The translations under genes and the position numbers were made by a program. From the human T2T-CHM13v2.0 reference genome, Homo sapiens, in assembly GCF_009914755.1 (NCBI RefSeq), contig NC_060930.1: a DNA stretch of 64,000 nt; one strand, written 5' to 3'. Below the pieces are notes generated by a model, which saw only the letters and a program-made list of their open reading frames with translations, did not search any database and was not told the origin of the DNA. Of this stretch, positions 49,574 through 63,510 are shown piece by piece (the stretch's first letter is position 1; the number at the start of each line of letters is the position of its first letter).

Positions 49574-51645
49574 GCTTTTTAATAATAAAAGATTGCATTC
49601 CTGAAGAAATTAATATTTGTAAAATTTATAACCATAGTTTAATTAACTTTTATGCCTATTAAGCCTCCTATTTTGTTTTTGATGGTTAGCATCACTGAGT
49701 AAAATTTTCAAGTTTAAGTTTCAGTGGCATGGGCAGAGACTGGCCTCATTATCTCTGTGAAAGAGGAAGCCAAGCCAATGATCATTATTGGAAAATCAAT
49801 CCTTTCAAATGTGTGCTCATTCAATGTTACCAAACTGAAGTTTATCTCCTAGTTTCCTGTGAATAAAGAATTTGCTAAATATATTTATAGTGCAAGCAAG
49901 ATAAAAATGACATTTAATGAAATTATAAAGAACAAAATTAAATAATTTAGTAGAATGAGAAAGACCGTAAGGAGATTTTTCAGTAGTTTAAGTATCAACT
50001 TTATTATTTCTAACATAATCAAGTATCACTCATATTATTTTTAATATAATCTGAAAAATATTTTAATGATTTAATCCATACATACATATACATACATTTT
50101 ATATAAGTGCATAAATACATCTGACCAAATATAGACTTCTATTGAACAAGCATGGTTTTTTTCCCTTTGTTTCCTATTTGCTTTTTTTATGCCATAATTT
50201 GTTGTACCATAGATTTTGTGTGTGTATGTGTGTGATGGACATATGAATATGTCCATCTTATTAAAAAGTATATCTTAAATTTTCATTCTCAGGAAGTTCC
50301 TCATCATTAGGCTTTACATATAATTTTCTAGTTTAGTCAACACTTTTATTGTTTTATTTTTATATTTAAGATGTTATTCTTTCAGTAGTTACTCATATAT
50401 GGTAGAAACAGAGGTTCACTGATTTTCTTCCTGATATATAAATGTGTCCATGCAGTATTTATTTAATAACCCATTTTTAATCATAAGCCAAATATTCTTT
50501 GTTATGTATAAATCTACAATATTTTAAAAACTTTTATTATGTAGCAATTTTCAAAAAATATAGCTTCATCTAGCTACAGTTATAAATTATGGGTTAGATG
50601 TGCTAGTTATATTGCTTCTAATAAGTATTCAAAGAAATGTATGACTATTAAAATAGAAATGCTCATCTTTATACTATATACAATCATCTTTACCATTAGT
50701 GGCACATGTTACATGTTGGCAAGCACTAATCTAGATACTGAGGTCCCCTGGGAACTTGTTGCCTCTGGGAGTCCCCCCACACATTGATAAGCCTGAGTTT
50801 TTGCCTTTGCCTCCACTGAAAGAATCTTGAGGGTTCTCTTCTTACAAAACAATTTGAAAACACTGCAAAGCTTTCAGACACAGTCACAAGTGGTTCTCAA
50901 AAAGAAACTGAATTCAATTACAGTACTGGATTATTGTATTAATTAGGGATTACTTTATTGATTCATTTTCATAAATTATTTCTTAATGAATTTCTGCTTC
51001 CATTATGAGGTACATGGTCTTTAACATTTTAATTCTGCTAATTTGGAAATGTGAAAGTAAATATGCTTCGTAGACTAAACTCAATGGGACTTATAAAAGC
51101 AGCATTGTGCTGGAAGGACATAAACTCACTATTGTTGGTAAAAAATAAAATAGGTTATTAATGTTGATATATGCCTATGAAGAAACTCAGAAGAAACCTC
51201 AAAAGAGATTCAGAAACTGTGATCATATACTTTCTCTATATATACAGATTACATTAATTTAGAAGATTACTGGGCCTTAACATGTGGAGATTGTATTTTC
51301 AGCACATGGCCCTCTGCTGTATCAAACAAGCGTTTGGATAAAGGTTGTAGTCTCTCCGCACATGGCTTGTGTTTGAATTTACAAACATGTCATTTGTGTT
51401 GCTGCAGCAAGATTTTGTTTTTAATCGTCAGATGCTCTCCATATAGAAATTATACAACTTGCAGATTATGTTTATTTGCCATATTCATAAATTCTGATTT
51501 ACAACCTGAAGATACTTTCATTTGTAAGGAAAATATTAAAGCCTCTTTCCTTTACTGTTAAGCTATTTCATGGCTTCACAGTCTACTATGTTCTAGACAT
51601 GTAACTTTATTAATGGCACATTCAGATTTATGCTTTCTCTTTTAG

Positions 51646-51785
51646 TCTTTTTTTTTTTTTTTTTAATTAGAGATGGGGCCTTTTATGTTGCCCAGCCTGG
51701 TCTTGAACTCTTGGCCTCAGGCAATTCTTCCACCTCGGCCTCCCAAAGTGCCTGGATTATAGGCATGAGCCTCCAAGCCCAGCCC
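51646..51785 (-). mobile_element. FLAM_C-like Alu monomer
   Basis: Poly-T followed by the Alu left arm. Confidence 0.85.
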
Positions 51786-52686
51786 AGACTTATACTTTCA
51801 AAATAGCTTTTACTATGAAGAAGTGCCAATAAGGTGTCAACTATACTCCAAAATTTACTAACTGCAAGTGAAAATAATGATATTGAACTTAGGAGCCTGA
51901 GATAAATGTGATACTTCAAATGGGCAACCTTATATACATATATCATATATGAACTCAGACAACATGGGCTCAATTCCTTTCTGTACATCTTACTAACTGA
52001 TTGATTGGGTAAATTATTTAGTATCTCTGTACTTTAAGTTCCTTATCTTTAAGTTTCATTATTAATATGCTCTATCTTCTAGGGCAGCTATGATAATTTA
52101 ATTTAAAAAATACTTGTCAGTCACTTGCAATTCTATCCTGATCCCAGCACGGTCTTCAAAAGTGTTATCTTCTTGCCAATTTCACTTTAGCCTTCTTAAA
52201 ACATTTTCACGAGAGTTGTGTTTATCATAAATATCTTAGTGAAAAAATGACTAAATCAGTGAGAATTGAAAGCAACTTAGTAAAGGGCTATATATTTCAA
52301 ATATATGGTTATAACTCATTTGAATTTGGCAAAATTTATCCTGAAATGTGTAGGCATTTCACAAAAGAAACAATATTGAACAATAAATGGTAAACCTCAA
52401 TCTCATTATGCAACTTTAAAAATGATATGTTTTTTCTTATATCATCAGAAAACATTCAAAAGTACATTCACAGTATTGGAAAAGGTATGAAGAAATGAAG
52501 ATTAACATATTGAATATGGTTGTTAAAACTGGGATACGTTTTCTGGGGAAAATTTATCATTATGTCAAATGCTTAAAATCATATGTCTTTGAATCAGCAT
52601 TTTAAAGTTTTACAAAGGAATGAATCACTGAGCAAAAATATGATCATTTCTGTATTGTTTATACTCATGAAAAAAAAATGGAAGCA

Positions 52687-52987
52687 GGCTGGGCTCGGTG
52701 GCTCACACCTGTAATCTCAGCACTTTGGGAAGCCGAGGCAGGCAGATCACTTGAGGTCAGGAGGTCATGACCAGCCTGGCCAACATGGTGAAACCCCGTC
52801 TCTACTAAAAATACAAAAATTAGCAGGGCATGGTGGTGTGCGCCTGTAATCCCAGCTACTTGAGAGTCTGAGGCAGGAGAATCACTTGAACCCAGGAGGC
52901 GGAGGTTGGAGTGAGCCGAGGTTGTGACACTGCACTCCAGTCTGGGTGACAGAGGGAGACTCCATCTCAAAAAAACAAAAACAAAAA
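52687..52987 (+). mobile_element. AluSx-like
   Basis: Full dimer with TSD aaaaa(a/g)aatggaagca, inside old L1M-like sequence. Confidence 0.95.
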
Positions 52988-55904
52988 GAATGGAAGCAGT
53001 ATTCAACAAAAAAGGATCAGCTAAGTAAACAATATAATGAAATACAATATATCCATGCATATATATGTGGAGTAAAACTTATATTTACTGATAGGAAAAA
53101 ATTCAAGAAATTTTTATTAGAGAACTCATCATAAAACATTAGTCAGCATAACCCCATTTTTGTAAAAATATATAATTATAACATACATGTGAAAAGAAAT
53201 TAGAGGAGTATAATATAGTTATAATGATGAGTGTATCTTTTTTCTATTTTCTGTACTTTCTTACTTTTATAACTCAAGCATATGTTATTTGTGTATTTAT
53301 AAAAAAAGAAATCCATCTTGCCAATCTCAAACTGCTTGATAAACACTTGTTTATTAATTACATGAGAGAATTAAATATAAGTTGGCAAAACACAGATGGA
53401 ACAAAATTAGGGAATTAATCACTTCTCTCTTTGTTCTTCTCCAAACTGACTTGAATTGGTTCTTAAAGACTTCACTCACGTATCTCCTCTAAATAGAATT
53501 TATTCCTGAGAATGTTCCCACTTTTGTCCCTAGCCTATGGGCTGGTATCCTACTTATGTGCTATCATGATATTGCGTGCATGAATCATAATTGTTCTCAT
53601 ATAAAGTTTATAGATATATTACATTAAAATTCCTGTCTTTCCACCCTACCAGTCTCTATTCCTAGCTCCTTCTACTGTATCTAGCTAAAAAAGGAGGCAC
53701 TCGGTATATGATTGTTCAGTGGATGGATGATATATAAGAAACTTTCCAAATAATTAGAAGTAAATTTATACTAGAAGTCCTGAAATAAGCTTTTTCAATA
53801 AACTAAAGTTACAACTGGAGAATAATTTTATATGGAACAACCACAAGTGATTTCAAAAATAGCTTTAATTTTCACCTGTCCAGTTGACTTCACAAGTGAA
53901 CGGAATGATTTCTTGCATGCAATAGCTATTAAGAGTCTCCAAAATATACTGAAGTTTCACAAGTGCCATGTCTAATGATGCCTCAGTAAATGCCAGGGTA
54001 TTAAAAATGTTAGAGAAAATAGAGATAAAAATGAATATACCAAAGAACAACATGGCTCAGCCATAGTAATGCACCATTCTCACTGTGAATTTCTTTCTTC
54101 CCTTAAAACAGGTCCCAGCTTCAAATCAATGCAGCCTCTATTGCTTCCTGATGCTTGATAACATCACTTATGTTGCCCAGGAAGAGCTTTGAGTTACTGA
54201 TGACTCTCATTCCATGTCGCTATGTGTTCATTCACTCTGCAATGATTTACTGAATGCCTTCTATGTACCAAGCACTCTGCCAGGTGCTTGGGTACAAAAG
54301 GTAAGCAATTTTTTTCATAGTCGCTGTCTTTACTGGGCCAAGAGTAAGTGACAGAGATATCTATTAAATAATCATATAAATGAACAATTGTATCTGTGAC
54401 AAATGCTACAAATGAGACATATCCATGCTATGAGAGCCTATAATGTACCTTCATTTTAAACAGCGACAGTTGGACTATGAGTAGAAGTTAATGCAAGACC
54501 AGACACCAAATGCCTCCTCTTTTTCTTTTAAGTATGGGGACTCTCTGGAAACAAAGTTAAATGAATGTGGTCCCTCATGTTTTTCATAACATTTAACAAA
54601 AGAAAAAAACTGCATTAAGTTTATTTGAGCACCAAAGTGGGACTCCTAGAGTCTAAATACATCTAGGAGAGCAGATCAGATCCTAAAAATGTGCCACAGA
54701 TTTGAGAGGCCCCAAAGTAGAAGACCCAATTAAGTCACACCCAGACTCCTGACACAGAGAAACTGTGGGATAATCAAGACTGCTACTTTAAGCTGCTGAG
54801 TGTGATAACACTGTAGCACAACAATAGAAAAATAACACAAGGGCCCAATAAGCTGAATCAACTCTGAGAAGACTATTTACCTTAGTCATTTGTGAGCATT
54901 CTTAGAGCTGAAAGAAGTAATTTACTTAGGAACTTCATAATTCCTGTAAAATACTAAAATGTGATTAGTATGCAAATGAAAATTGAAAAGTAAAACCTCA
55001 ATGTATAAAAATAAGGTTTTACTTTAAATTCTAAATCTGATAAATGCAAATGCGAATACTTTTGGAATAACCAAGAGAACTGAATTGAGTAGAACAAAAA
55101 TTACGCTATATTCACAAGATATGAGAGGGCAAAAAAGAACAATGTAACAGTTGCCCACACTGTAGTCTGCTTAAGTTAGAGGGACATTATAATCTTTACT
55201 ATTATGAATAAATAAAAATGAAATAATTTTTATGTATTATCCATTTTATGTATGTATGATTCATGCATACACCTATGTAGATTTATAATTCTTTAGCGCT
55301 CCCATAATGTTTGATCAACATAAGATAAAAGAAATAAATTCATATTTATGATGTCCTATTATGTATAAGACAGTGCTGGTACTTTCATATATATAGTATA
55401 TGAACTGTCATTGTAATCGTTCTATCATAGATCAAAAAAGCTGCATTTCAGAAAGAAAACATGGATAAGTCACATTGTGAGTACAGGATTTTAGATCTAT
55501 GATTGTCTGACTCTTCATACAATTTTTTCACCAAATATTCTTGATACACAGAGCTGATATTTAGTCAGTAAGCACAAGCACAGAATCAAGGCTGGCATTC
55601 CATCTAATTAGTTTGGTGGAGATTTTTGGATCAGTCAGAACCTTTGCTTTATCTGATAATAAAGTTTGAAATATCACATCTACACATTCCCAAAATACAC
55701 TATTGAGATTTGCACATAAGAAGTTAATATGACTAAAAGTCTGGAAATAATATACAGCATATGAAGAAAAGTTTTTCTTGGTTCAAACCTTTCAACTTAA
55801 GTCAAAAGCTAAGAACGATGTTCAAGATTAGTGTTCTACAAAACAAAGAGTCTCTATAAAGACAGTGGTGATCTGCCATTTTCAAGTTCGAAAATAGAAG
55901 AGGG

Positions 55905-56329
55905 GGCCGGGCGCAATGGCTCACACCTGTAATCCCAGCACTTTGGGAGGCTGAGGTGGGTGTATCGCCTGAGAGGTCACAGGAGTTCGAGACCAGCCTG
56001 GCCAACATGGTGAAACCCGGTCTCTACTAAAAATACAGAAAAAAAAAAGTTATCTGGGGTGGGGGGAGGGGGGAGGGATAGCATTAGGAGATATACCTAA
56101 TGCTAAATGATGAGTTAATGGGTGCAGCACACCAACATGGCACATGTATACATATGTAACAAACCTGCACGTTGTGCACATGTACCCTAAAATTTAAAGT
56201 TTAATAATAATAAAATTTTAAAAAAAGGAAATAAGAACAGCAATCCAAAAAAAAAAATTATCTGGGCATGGTGGTGGCGGGCGCCTGTAATCCCAGCTAC
56301 TCGGGAGGCTGAGTAAGGAGAATCACTTG
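55905..56329 (+). mobile_element. AluS interrupted by L1PA; right arm truncated
   Basis: Left arm 55905-56055; right arm resumes at 56258 and stops at gaatcacttg. Confidence 0.9.
56056..56257 (+). mobile_element. 5'-truncated young L1PA (PA2-4) 3' end
   Basis: ggggtggggggaggggggagggatagcattaggagatatacctaatgctaaatg...tgtaccctaaaa; TSD A(n)ttatctggg. Confidence 0.92.
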
Positions 56330-56373
56330 TGTTAAATCTTAACAGGAGAGATTTAGGAGAGGACATCTTTTAA

Positions 56374-56491
56374 GTGCAGTGGCTGTTCACATGCCTGATC
56401 ATCATGTATCACAGCTTTGAACTCCTGGCCTCAAGGGATCCTTCCACGTCAGGCTCCCAAATAGCTGGGACTACAGGCACGCACCACTGTG
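56374..56491 (-). mobile_element. FAM (fossil Alu monomer)
   Basis: gtgcagtggctgttcacatg..gatc retains the 7SL/FAM-specific segment. Confidence 0.75.
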
Positions 56492-57831
56492 CGTCAAGAT
56501 GAAGACATCTTGACATAAGTATGGTTAGGCACAAGTAGTTTTCTAAGGAAAATATTGAGTACCAGTGCGTGGAAATATTTAACTATAGGGTAGATATTAA
56601 TTTTCTTTGACTTTCTCACAGTTTAAGCATATTCCTGCCTAGGGACAGTAGACAGACTAGAAGTAGTCTCCAGGCACATAATTTTTTAACATGAATAACA
56701 CTTGTGTCTTATATGAAACTGCTTGAGGTGGTCTTCAATTCATTCCAACTCTATTTTTCTATAATTCCACCTACTTATCATCATGACATTTCTTTCTCAT
56801 CATAGAAATAAAATCAATAACTGAATACAGCATAAAATTAGATGTATCAAATAACAAGGAAAAGTAGTACATTTGGTTAATGACCTAAAATAAGTACAAA
56901 GGACGACTGCATCATCCTTCACTTACCAAAGCATTGGGAAATTTTATGCATTGAACAAATCTGAGGCTCATATTGTGTGCCAACAGTATCCTAGAAAACA
57001 GACTCATGATTTGGGAATGGTCAGCTAATGCCAAACTTTCCATGAGCAAAATCCCAACTTACATTAAAACTGGGAAACATTTCCAATTTCAATTAAAATA
57101 AACGTAATGATTTGGTATCAGTTTAATGAATAAATACATTTCAGCATATATTTGCACGTTTTATGTTTCCTAATTATTACAAGGAATTAAAAATTTATCA
57201 CTCTTAACAGAAAGAGAGATGAGCATATTTTTCAACACTAATCCATTAAAGGTAACACTATTAATTAATCCACTATTTTATTCTGCTCAATGAACTCAAT
57301 TATTCAGAGCTTAGTTGAAACTTTTTTTTTAAATTAAGCATGGAGACAGCTTGCAGTGCCTTGTAGAGAGAAATGTGTTCAGAAGTGTCAAACCTAATAC
57401 AAGACACCAGATGATATTCAGTAAATATAAATTGATAGTAATTGATAATATTTGTGTTAAAAAGCATCAAAATAAAATGTCTTACAATTAATATCCATTT
57501 AAAACATCTAAGCCTTCCAAAGCCATCATAAAAGTATCATTGAAAGGTGAAAAAATTGTTTTTAGATTTGGCAGGATTGAAACTATTTGATGCCACATAA
57601 CAATGAATATGAGTTGGATGGCACACAAATAACCAGTATTGTGAACTTTCCTTCTTAAAAAGGCTCATATACATTCTTTCAAAAGTCACATAAAAGATAA
57701 ATGATAAAAGAAAATCTTCTTCCTCTGGTCCTTTCTCACAGGATATCCATTGGTTTATTCATTTCAGTTGAAACCTAGAGACTGGAAGCTAAAGCAGAGT
57801 TATTTTCTAGTCACCCTTTAAGATGCTCTAG

Positions 57832-57998
57832 GATATTGCTACTCAAACTGTGCTCTAAGACCAGCACCTCCTCAGTACCTGGGGGGCTTGTTAGGAATGC
57901 AGGTTCTCAGGCTCCATCCCAGAACTACTAAATCAGAACCTGCCTTTTGACAAGATCCTCAAGTGATTCATATACATGTTAAGGTTTGGGAGGCATGG
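57832..57998. mobile_element. MER5A DNA transposon
   Basis: gcttgttaggaatgcaggttctcaggctccatcccaga..actaaatcagaa..acaagatcc. Confidence 0.8.
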
Positions 57999-58429
57999 CT
58001 GTAGGTATGTATAAATCACTTCCTGCTTTAAACTCCCCACCATATGATTAACATAAGAATGTTACCGTGGGAAAGTGCTTCATTAAAAAAAAAAACAAAA
58101 AAAAAAAAAACAAAAAAAACCCTCAAATTGACCATTTTAATATGAATTCAAAGATATACAAAATGTAAATTTAGAAAATAAAACATACTTGCAATGTTAT
58201 TCTAGAATAGAAATATTAAAACTAGCTACTGACTTTAAGCTACTGTTATACTATTACACTATTATATATAAAAATACAATTTTAGAAAATTATTTTTAAT
58301 TACACTTATTGAAGATATTTATATCAATATTATAACTGCAGAATGGTCAAATATTTTTGAAAAACGTAAGTGTATTTAAAATTTTAATCTAAATTTATTT
58401 TAAATTAAAGTTTAATTTTAAATTAAAAT

Positions 58430-59850
58430 TTATGCAAAAATTAACTCAAAATGGATTAAAGACTTAAATGTAAGGCCTGAAACCATGAAACTACAGGAAA
58501 ATTTAGGGGAATTCCTTTAAGGCAATGGTCTGGGAAAACATTTTATGGAAAAGACCACAAAAGCACAGGAAACAAAAGCAAAAATAGACAAATGGGATTA
58601 TATCAAACTAAAAAGATTCTGCACAGCAAAGGAAACAATCAACATAGTAAAGAAATAACCAACAGAAAAGAATAAAAGATTTGCAAACTATTTGTTTTAT
58701 AAGATATTAATGTCCAGAATATACAAGAAACTCAAACAATAGCAAAAACAAATAATAAACAAATAGTGTGATTAAAAACCTGGCAAATGAACTGAATAGA
58801 CATCGCTCAAAAGATACATACAAATGGCCAACAGGTGTATGAAAAAAATACTCAACACCACGAATCATCAGTGAAATGTAAATGAACACCATAATGAGAT
58901 ATCTCACTCCAGTTAGAATGTCTATTATCAAAAAGACAAAAGATAATAAATAATGGCAAGGACATGGAGAAGGGAACTCTCACACACTGTTGGTGGGAAT
59001 GTAAATTAGTGCAGCCATTATGAAAAATAGTATGGGGCTTCCTCAAAAAACTGAAAATATAACTACCATTGATCCAGGAATCCTACTACTTGGTATATAT
59101 CCAAACGAATTGAAATCAGTATGTTGAAGAGATAACTGCACTCCCAGGTTTAGTGTGGCACTATTCATGATAACCAAGATATGTAATCAACCTAAGTATC
59201 CATCCACAGATGAATGAAGAAAGCAAATGTGGTGTATGCGTCTGTGTGTGTATATATGAATAATGGAATGTGTGTGTGTATGTGTGTGTGTGTATATATA
59301 TAATGCCCATTCACGTTTGAAAAACATGTATATACACACACACACACACACACACAATGGAATATTATTTGTCCCTAAAAAAGAATGAAATCCTGTCATT
59401 CACAGCAACGTGGATGAGCTATGTCAAGTGAGATAGGCTAGACACAAAAAGACAAATATTATTTGTTCTCACTCATATGTGGAAGCTATAAAAGTTGATC
59501 TCATAGACGTAGAGAGTAGAATAGTGGTTACTAGAGGCTAGAAAGTGTGGGGATGTGAGGATAGCCAAAGGTTGGTTAATGGATATAAAACTCCAGCTAG
59601 ATAGGAGGAATAAGTTCTACTGTCCTACAGCATTGTAAAGTGACTATAATTAACAACAATTTTTTGCATATTTTTAATAGCTAGAATAATGGATTTTGAA
59701 TATTCCCAACAAAAAGAAATGATAAATATTTGATGTGATGAACATGCTAATTACCCTGATTTGATCATTATACATTGTATGTAAGTGTGGAAATATCACA
59801 TGTAACTCATATATATGTGTCAGTTAAAAATATATAATAAAGCAAAAAAG
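58430..59850 (+). mobile_element. L1MA 3' fragment (end of ORF2 plus 3' UTR)
   Basis: aactcaaaatggattaaagacttaaatgtaag...agctagataggaggaataagttct...taattaccctgatttgatcatta. Confidence 0.9.
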
Positions 59851-59864
59851 ACCTATAAAAATTA

Positions 59865-60136
59865 GGCTGGGGGCAGTGGCTGAAGCCTATAATCCTAGCA
59901 CTTTGGTATGCCGAGGCAGGAGGATCACTTGAGGCTAGGAATTTGAGACCAGCCTTGGCAACACAGTAAGATCCTGTCTCTACAAAAAAAATTAGCTGGG
60001 TGTCGTGGCATGTGCCTGTGCTTGCAGCGACTTGGAAGGATCCCTTGAGCCCAGGAGTTTGAGATGCAGTGAGCTATGATCATGCCACTGGACTCCAGCC
60101 TGGATAACAGAGTGAGGCCCCATCTCAAAAACGAAA
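59865..60136 (+). mobile_element. AluJ
   Basis: aggatcacttgaggctagg; gagctatgatcatgccactg. Confidence 0.9.
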
Positions 60137-60879
60137 ATTATATCCATAATATACGTTATACTTTACATTATTTATAAAGCAGGTTTGCAAAAAAAAAAAA
60201 ATCAAATGTTTTCTTTTAGTGCTTCATGCAGTGTCTGATATGTTGTAGGAACTCAATATTTATTAAAATCTTTAATTTTACATTTTATTCTGTACATCAC
60301 AAATCAAATATATGTATACTTCATATTTATTCATATGCATTTATACTGTGTAAATGCTGTATAAACATGTATGTATGATTTCTTACCACTTACAATTTTG
60401 CTCTGTTGTTATTGTTGTTTTCCTTCCTGAATATTTTCTTTTAATACTCCTCATCAAAGGTATGTCTACATTCTGCCCTTTAAATAACATCCAGTATTTC
60501 CAGGTCAAACTGATACAACTTGCTTTCCTGCAAACCTAACTTTATGCTTATTCCAAATTTCTATTTCTAACTTTTATTTTTACAACAAATTCAGTTAATC
60601 ACCTTGTCATATCTTCTTGTATCCCACATTCTGATCCCCATTTTTTTTTCTCTAAGTAGTCTTATTTGGAAGATGTTTAAGCACAAAGATTGTTTCAGAA
60701 GTTTAAAATCTGCATGATTTTATGCAAGGATTAGAATTCCTAGACAAATGAAAAAATATTTCATGGTGCAAATATAAAAGAAAGACATATTTATTTGAGT
60801 TTGAACAACAGAGTGATCACACATCCTTCACCTACCTCAAACAGATCATATTTAGCTGACATGACTATGGGTTTCATGA

Positions 60880-61030
60880 AATTAATCTCTGACCTGATTT
60901 TTTTTAACCACAGCAGTGTCAGCTTTCTATTAATAGGCTCTTATCCAGCTGAAAATGTACATAGCTTCCTGATGTGTGCCAGCCCAGGAACGTGAAGGAT
61001 ACCCATTCCAAAGTAGGGCAAGGTGTCCTG
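60880..61030. promoter_or_regulatory. Candidate striated-muscle enhancer (MEF2 + E-box + MCAT cluster)
   Basis: CTATTAATAG (60927-36), CAGCTG (60946-51), CATTCC (61004-09), GATAAG on minus strand (60940-45), in apparently non-repeat DNA. Motif evidence only. Confidence 0.4.
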
Positions 61031-61534
61031 GTCGAAGAACCAGAGGGGTCGTTTTTAAAAGTTCAGTTTAAAATGCAGATAATATGTATTATATATTGCA
61101 TGTAGGTGGCTGAATATATATACAAACACCATTGATTATAGAACAAGTCACAGTTTGTATTTCAGAAATGCCTGTTGAGTTGAATGGAAGCAGGTTCAAT
61201 GTAGCAATATTAAGAAGAAATAAATATTGCACAAGCTACAGTCTCTCTCCTAAGGTTTTCAAATATATATTAGTGGAAAAAAAAATAAAGTGCCTCTCTA
61301 ATTTTGCTGATTATTAGCTGGAAAATGTTACTTGCTAGATAACTTCATTTCTTGGCTTGAAAGTCATTGCTACAGAAAGAATAATCTTGTTCGTCAATGT
61401 ATCATTAGTTGTCACAATCATGAGCTCTGTGACCTTGATAAAGGAACTCCTTTTTAGTTTCAGATTGCTAATATAAAAGGGAGACTATTTATTTTTAAAA
61501 AGATTTATGTAAAAATATTTCATGAAAAATAAAT

Positions 61535-61834
61535 TTGTTTGTTTGTTTTTTGAGACGGAGTTTTGCTCTTGTCACCCAGGCTGGAGTGAAGTGGTGCGAT
61601 GTTGGTTCACTGCAACCTCTGTCTCCCGGGTCCTAGTGATTCTCCTGCCTCAGCCTCCAAGTAGCTGGGATGACAGGTGCCCGCCAACACACCCGGCTAA
61701 TTTTTGTATTTTTAGTAGAGATGGGTTTCGCCATGTTGGCCAGGCTGGTCTCAAACTCCTGACCTCAGGTGATCCGCCCATCTCGGCCTCCCAAAGTGCT
61801 GTGATTACAAGAATGAGCCACTGCACTGGGCCCA
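61535..61834 (-). mobile_element. AluS
   Basis: Full dimer with TSD gaaaaataaatttg. Confidence 0.93.
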
Positions 61835-61937
61835 GGAAAAATAAATTTGCCATTCTCCTATGCTAATTTTATATGAGCCCTCTAAAAATTTGTCTTCCAG
61901 TGAGTAAGAGAGAGTTATAGTAATCAGATACACACTG

Positions 61938-62399
61938 GTATATTAGTTTTCTACTGCACCATAACATAGTACCACAAATTTAACACAAATTTATCTTACA
62001 ATTCTGTACTTGGAAGTCCAACATGGGTCTCAAGGAGCTAAAATCAAAGTGTCTTCAGGGCTACATTCCTTTCTGGGGCCTCTAGAGAGAATCCATCTCC
62101 TTGTACTTTCTACCTTCTACAGGTTGCCACATAACTTGGCTCATAGCTTCTTCCTCTATCTTCAAAGCCAGTGCTGGCTGATTGCATCTCCCGCTGGCCA
62201 CCAACAGAAAAAGTTCTCCAATTTTGAGGACTTCCGTGATTTTATTGGGCCCACCCAGATAATTCAGGGTCCTCTCTCCCGCTCGAGGTTCTTAATAAAA
62301 CCACATCTGCAAATTCTCTTTTCCAGGTAAGGTAACATATTTACAGATTCTGGGGATTAGGACATGAATATTTTGGGGGACAATTATTCTGTATACCAC
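61938..62399 (-). mobile_element. MLT1 (C/D/E) MaLR LTR
   Basis: gtatattagttttctactgcaccataaca...ggggacaattattctgtataccaca. Confidence 0.8.
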
Positions 62400-62604
62400 A
62401 ACCAATATTCTCACTACTCTTCATCAGTAGACATTGTGTGAGCACTCTCTTATGCACAGTTTGTTTAGGCCTGCTCAGTGAAATTAAGTATTGCTCAAAA
62501 TCCATGGCTCACAACCGTGTATCTTTTGGGCATTCTAATTTAAAAAATGCCCATTCACATTTGCAAAATTGTCAAGTTGTGTGACAACCTTAGTTGAGAA
62601 TCTG

Positions 62605-62682
62605 CTTTTTTCTCTCCTCCTCCTCTTTCTCATCCTCTTCCTTCTTCTCCCCTCTCTCCTCCTCTTCTTCCTTGTTCTTTTT
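62605..62682. repeat. Polypyrimidine low-complexity tract
   Basis: C/T-rich run with CTC/CTT units. Confidence 0.8.
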
Positions 62683-62957
62683 TATGAATTTCTCTCCAGT
62701 AACTCAAACATTTTATTATAATAATCAACATTTATTAAATATATTTTACTAAAGGAATAAATGTGTAAATAAATCAATGATGAAACTGAAGAAGTATAAC
62801 AATTATAAAATTGCCTAGCGTCATGTTGAATTTGGCTGAAACAACTGTACACTAAATAAGTTACCATTATTCATTGGGTAATGTAGTATTATGAACTTAG
62901 TGTGCAAGATTGCAAGATACATTAGAAGTGAGGAGATTACAAAAATGCTAATATAAT

Positions 62958-63510
62958 GTATTATCTGTAGCTGCATAATAAAAGATTCCAAAGTTTAGTG
63001 GCCTAAAACAACTGTAATCATTTATTTTGCCCAGAAATTTGTAATTTGGTTAGAGTTCAGCAGGTATGGCCTGCCTCTGCTCCACAGTTGTCACATGTGG
63101 TGGCTCTACTGGGGACTAGAGGATCCATTATCAAGATGACTCATTCACATTGCTGGAAAGTTGGTGCTGGCTGTTGGCTGGAAGCTTGGCTGGGTTTGCA
63201 GGTCAAGGTCTTGGTCTCTTTCATTATGGGCCTGCCTCCAGGCTGCTTTAATTTTTTCACAGCATAGTTTCAAAAGCAGGTATCCCAAACCAGCAACCTG
63301 GATATGTCTGGTATTTTTATGATCTAACCTTGGAAGTCATTTTCACTGTATGTTCTTTGTTGAAGCTGTTATACAAGTCTGTTTGTGTTTAACGGGAGGA
63401 AAAGTAGACCTCACCTCTCAAGAGAAGAAGAGTCAAGATCACAGTATAAGAAGAACACATGAGATGGGAAATCTTGCTGCAGCCACTTTTGAAAAATACA
63501 ATCTGTCACA
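62958..63510 (-). mobile_element. Old MLT1 (G/H/J-like) LTR
   Basis: ttagtggcctaaaacaac...caagatgactcattcacattgctgg..gttggtgctggctgttggctg. Confidence 0.65.

Noticed and set aside
56374-56491. 7SL RNA gene
   Set aside because: Lacks the S domain and is diverged; fits a FAM monomer.
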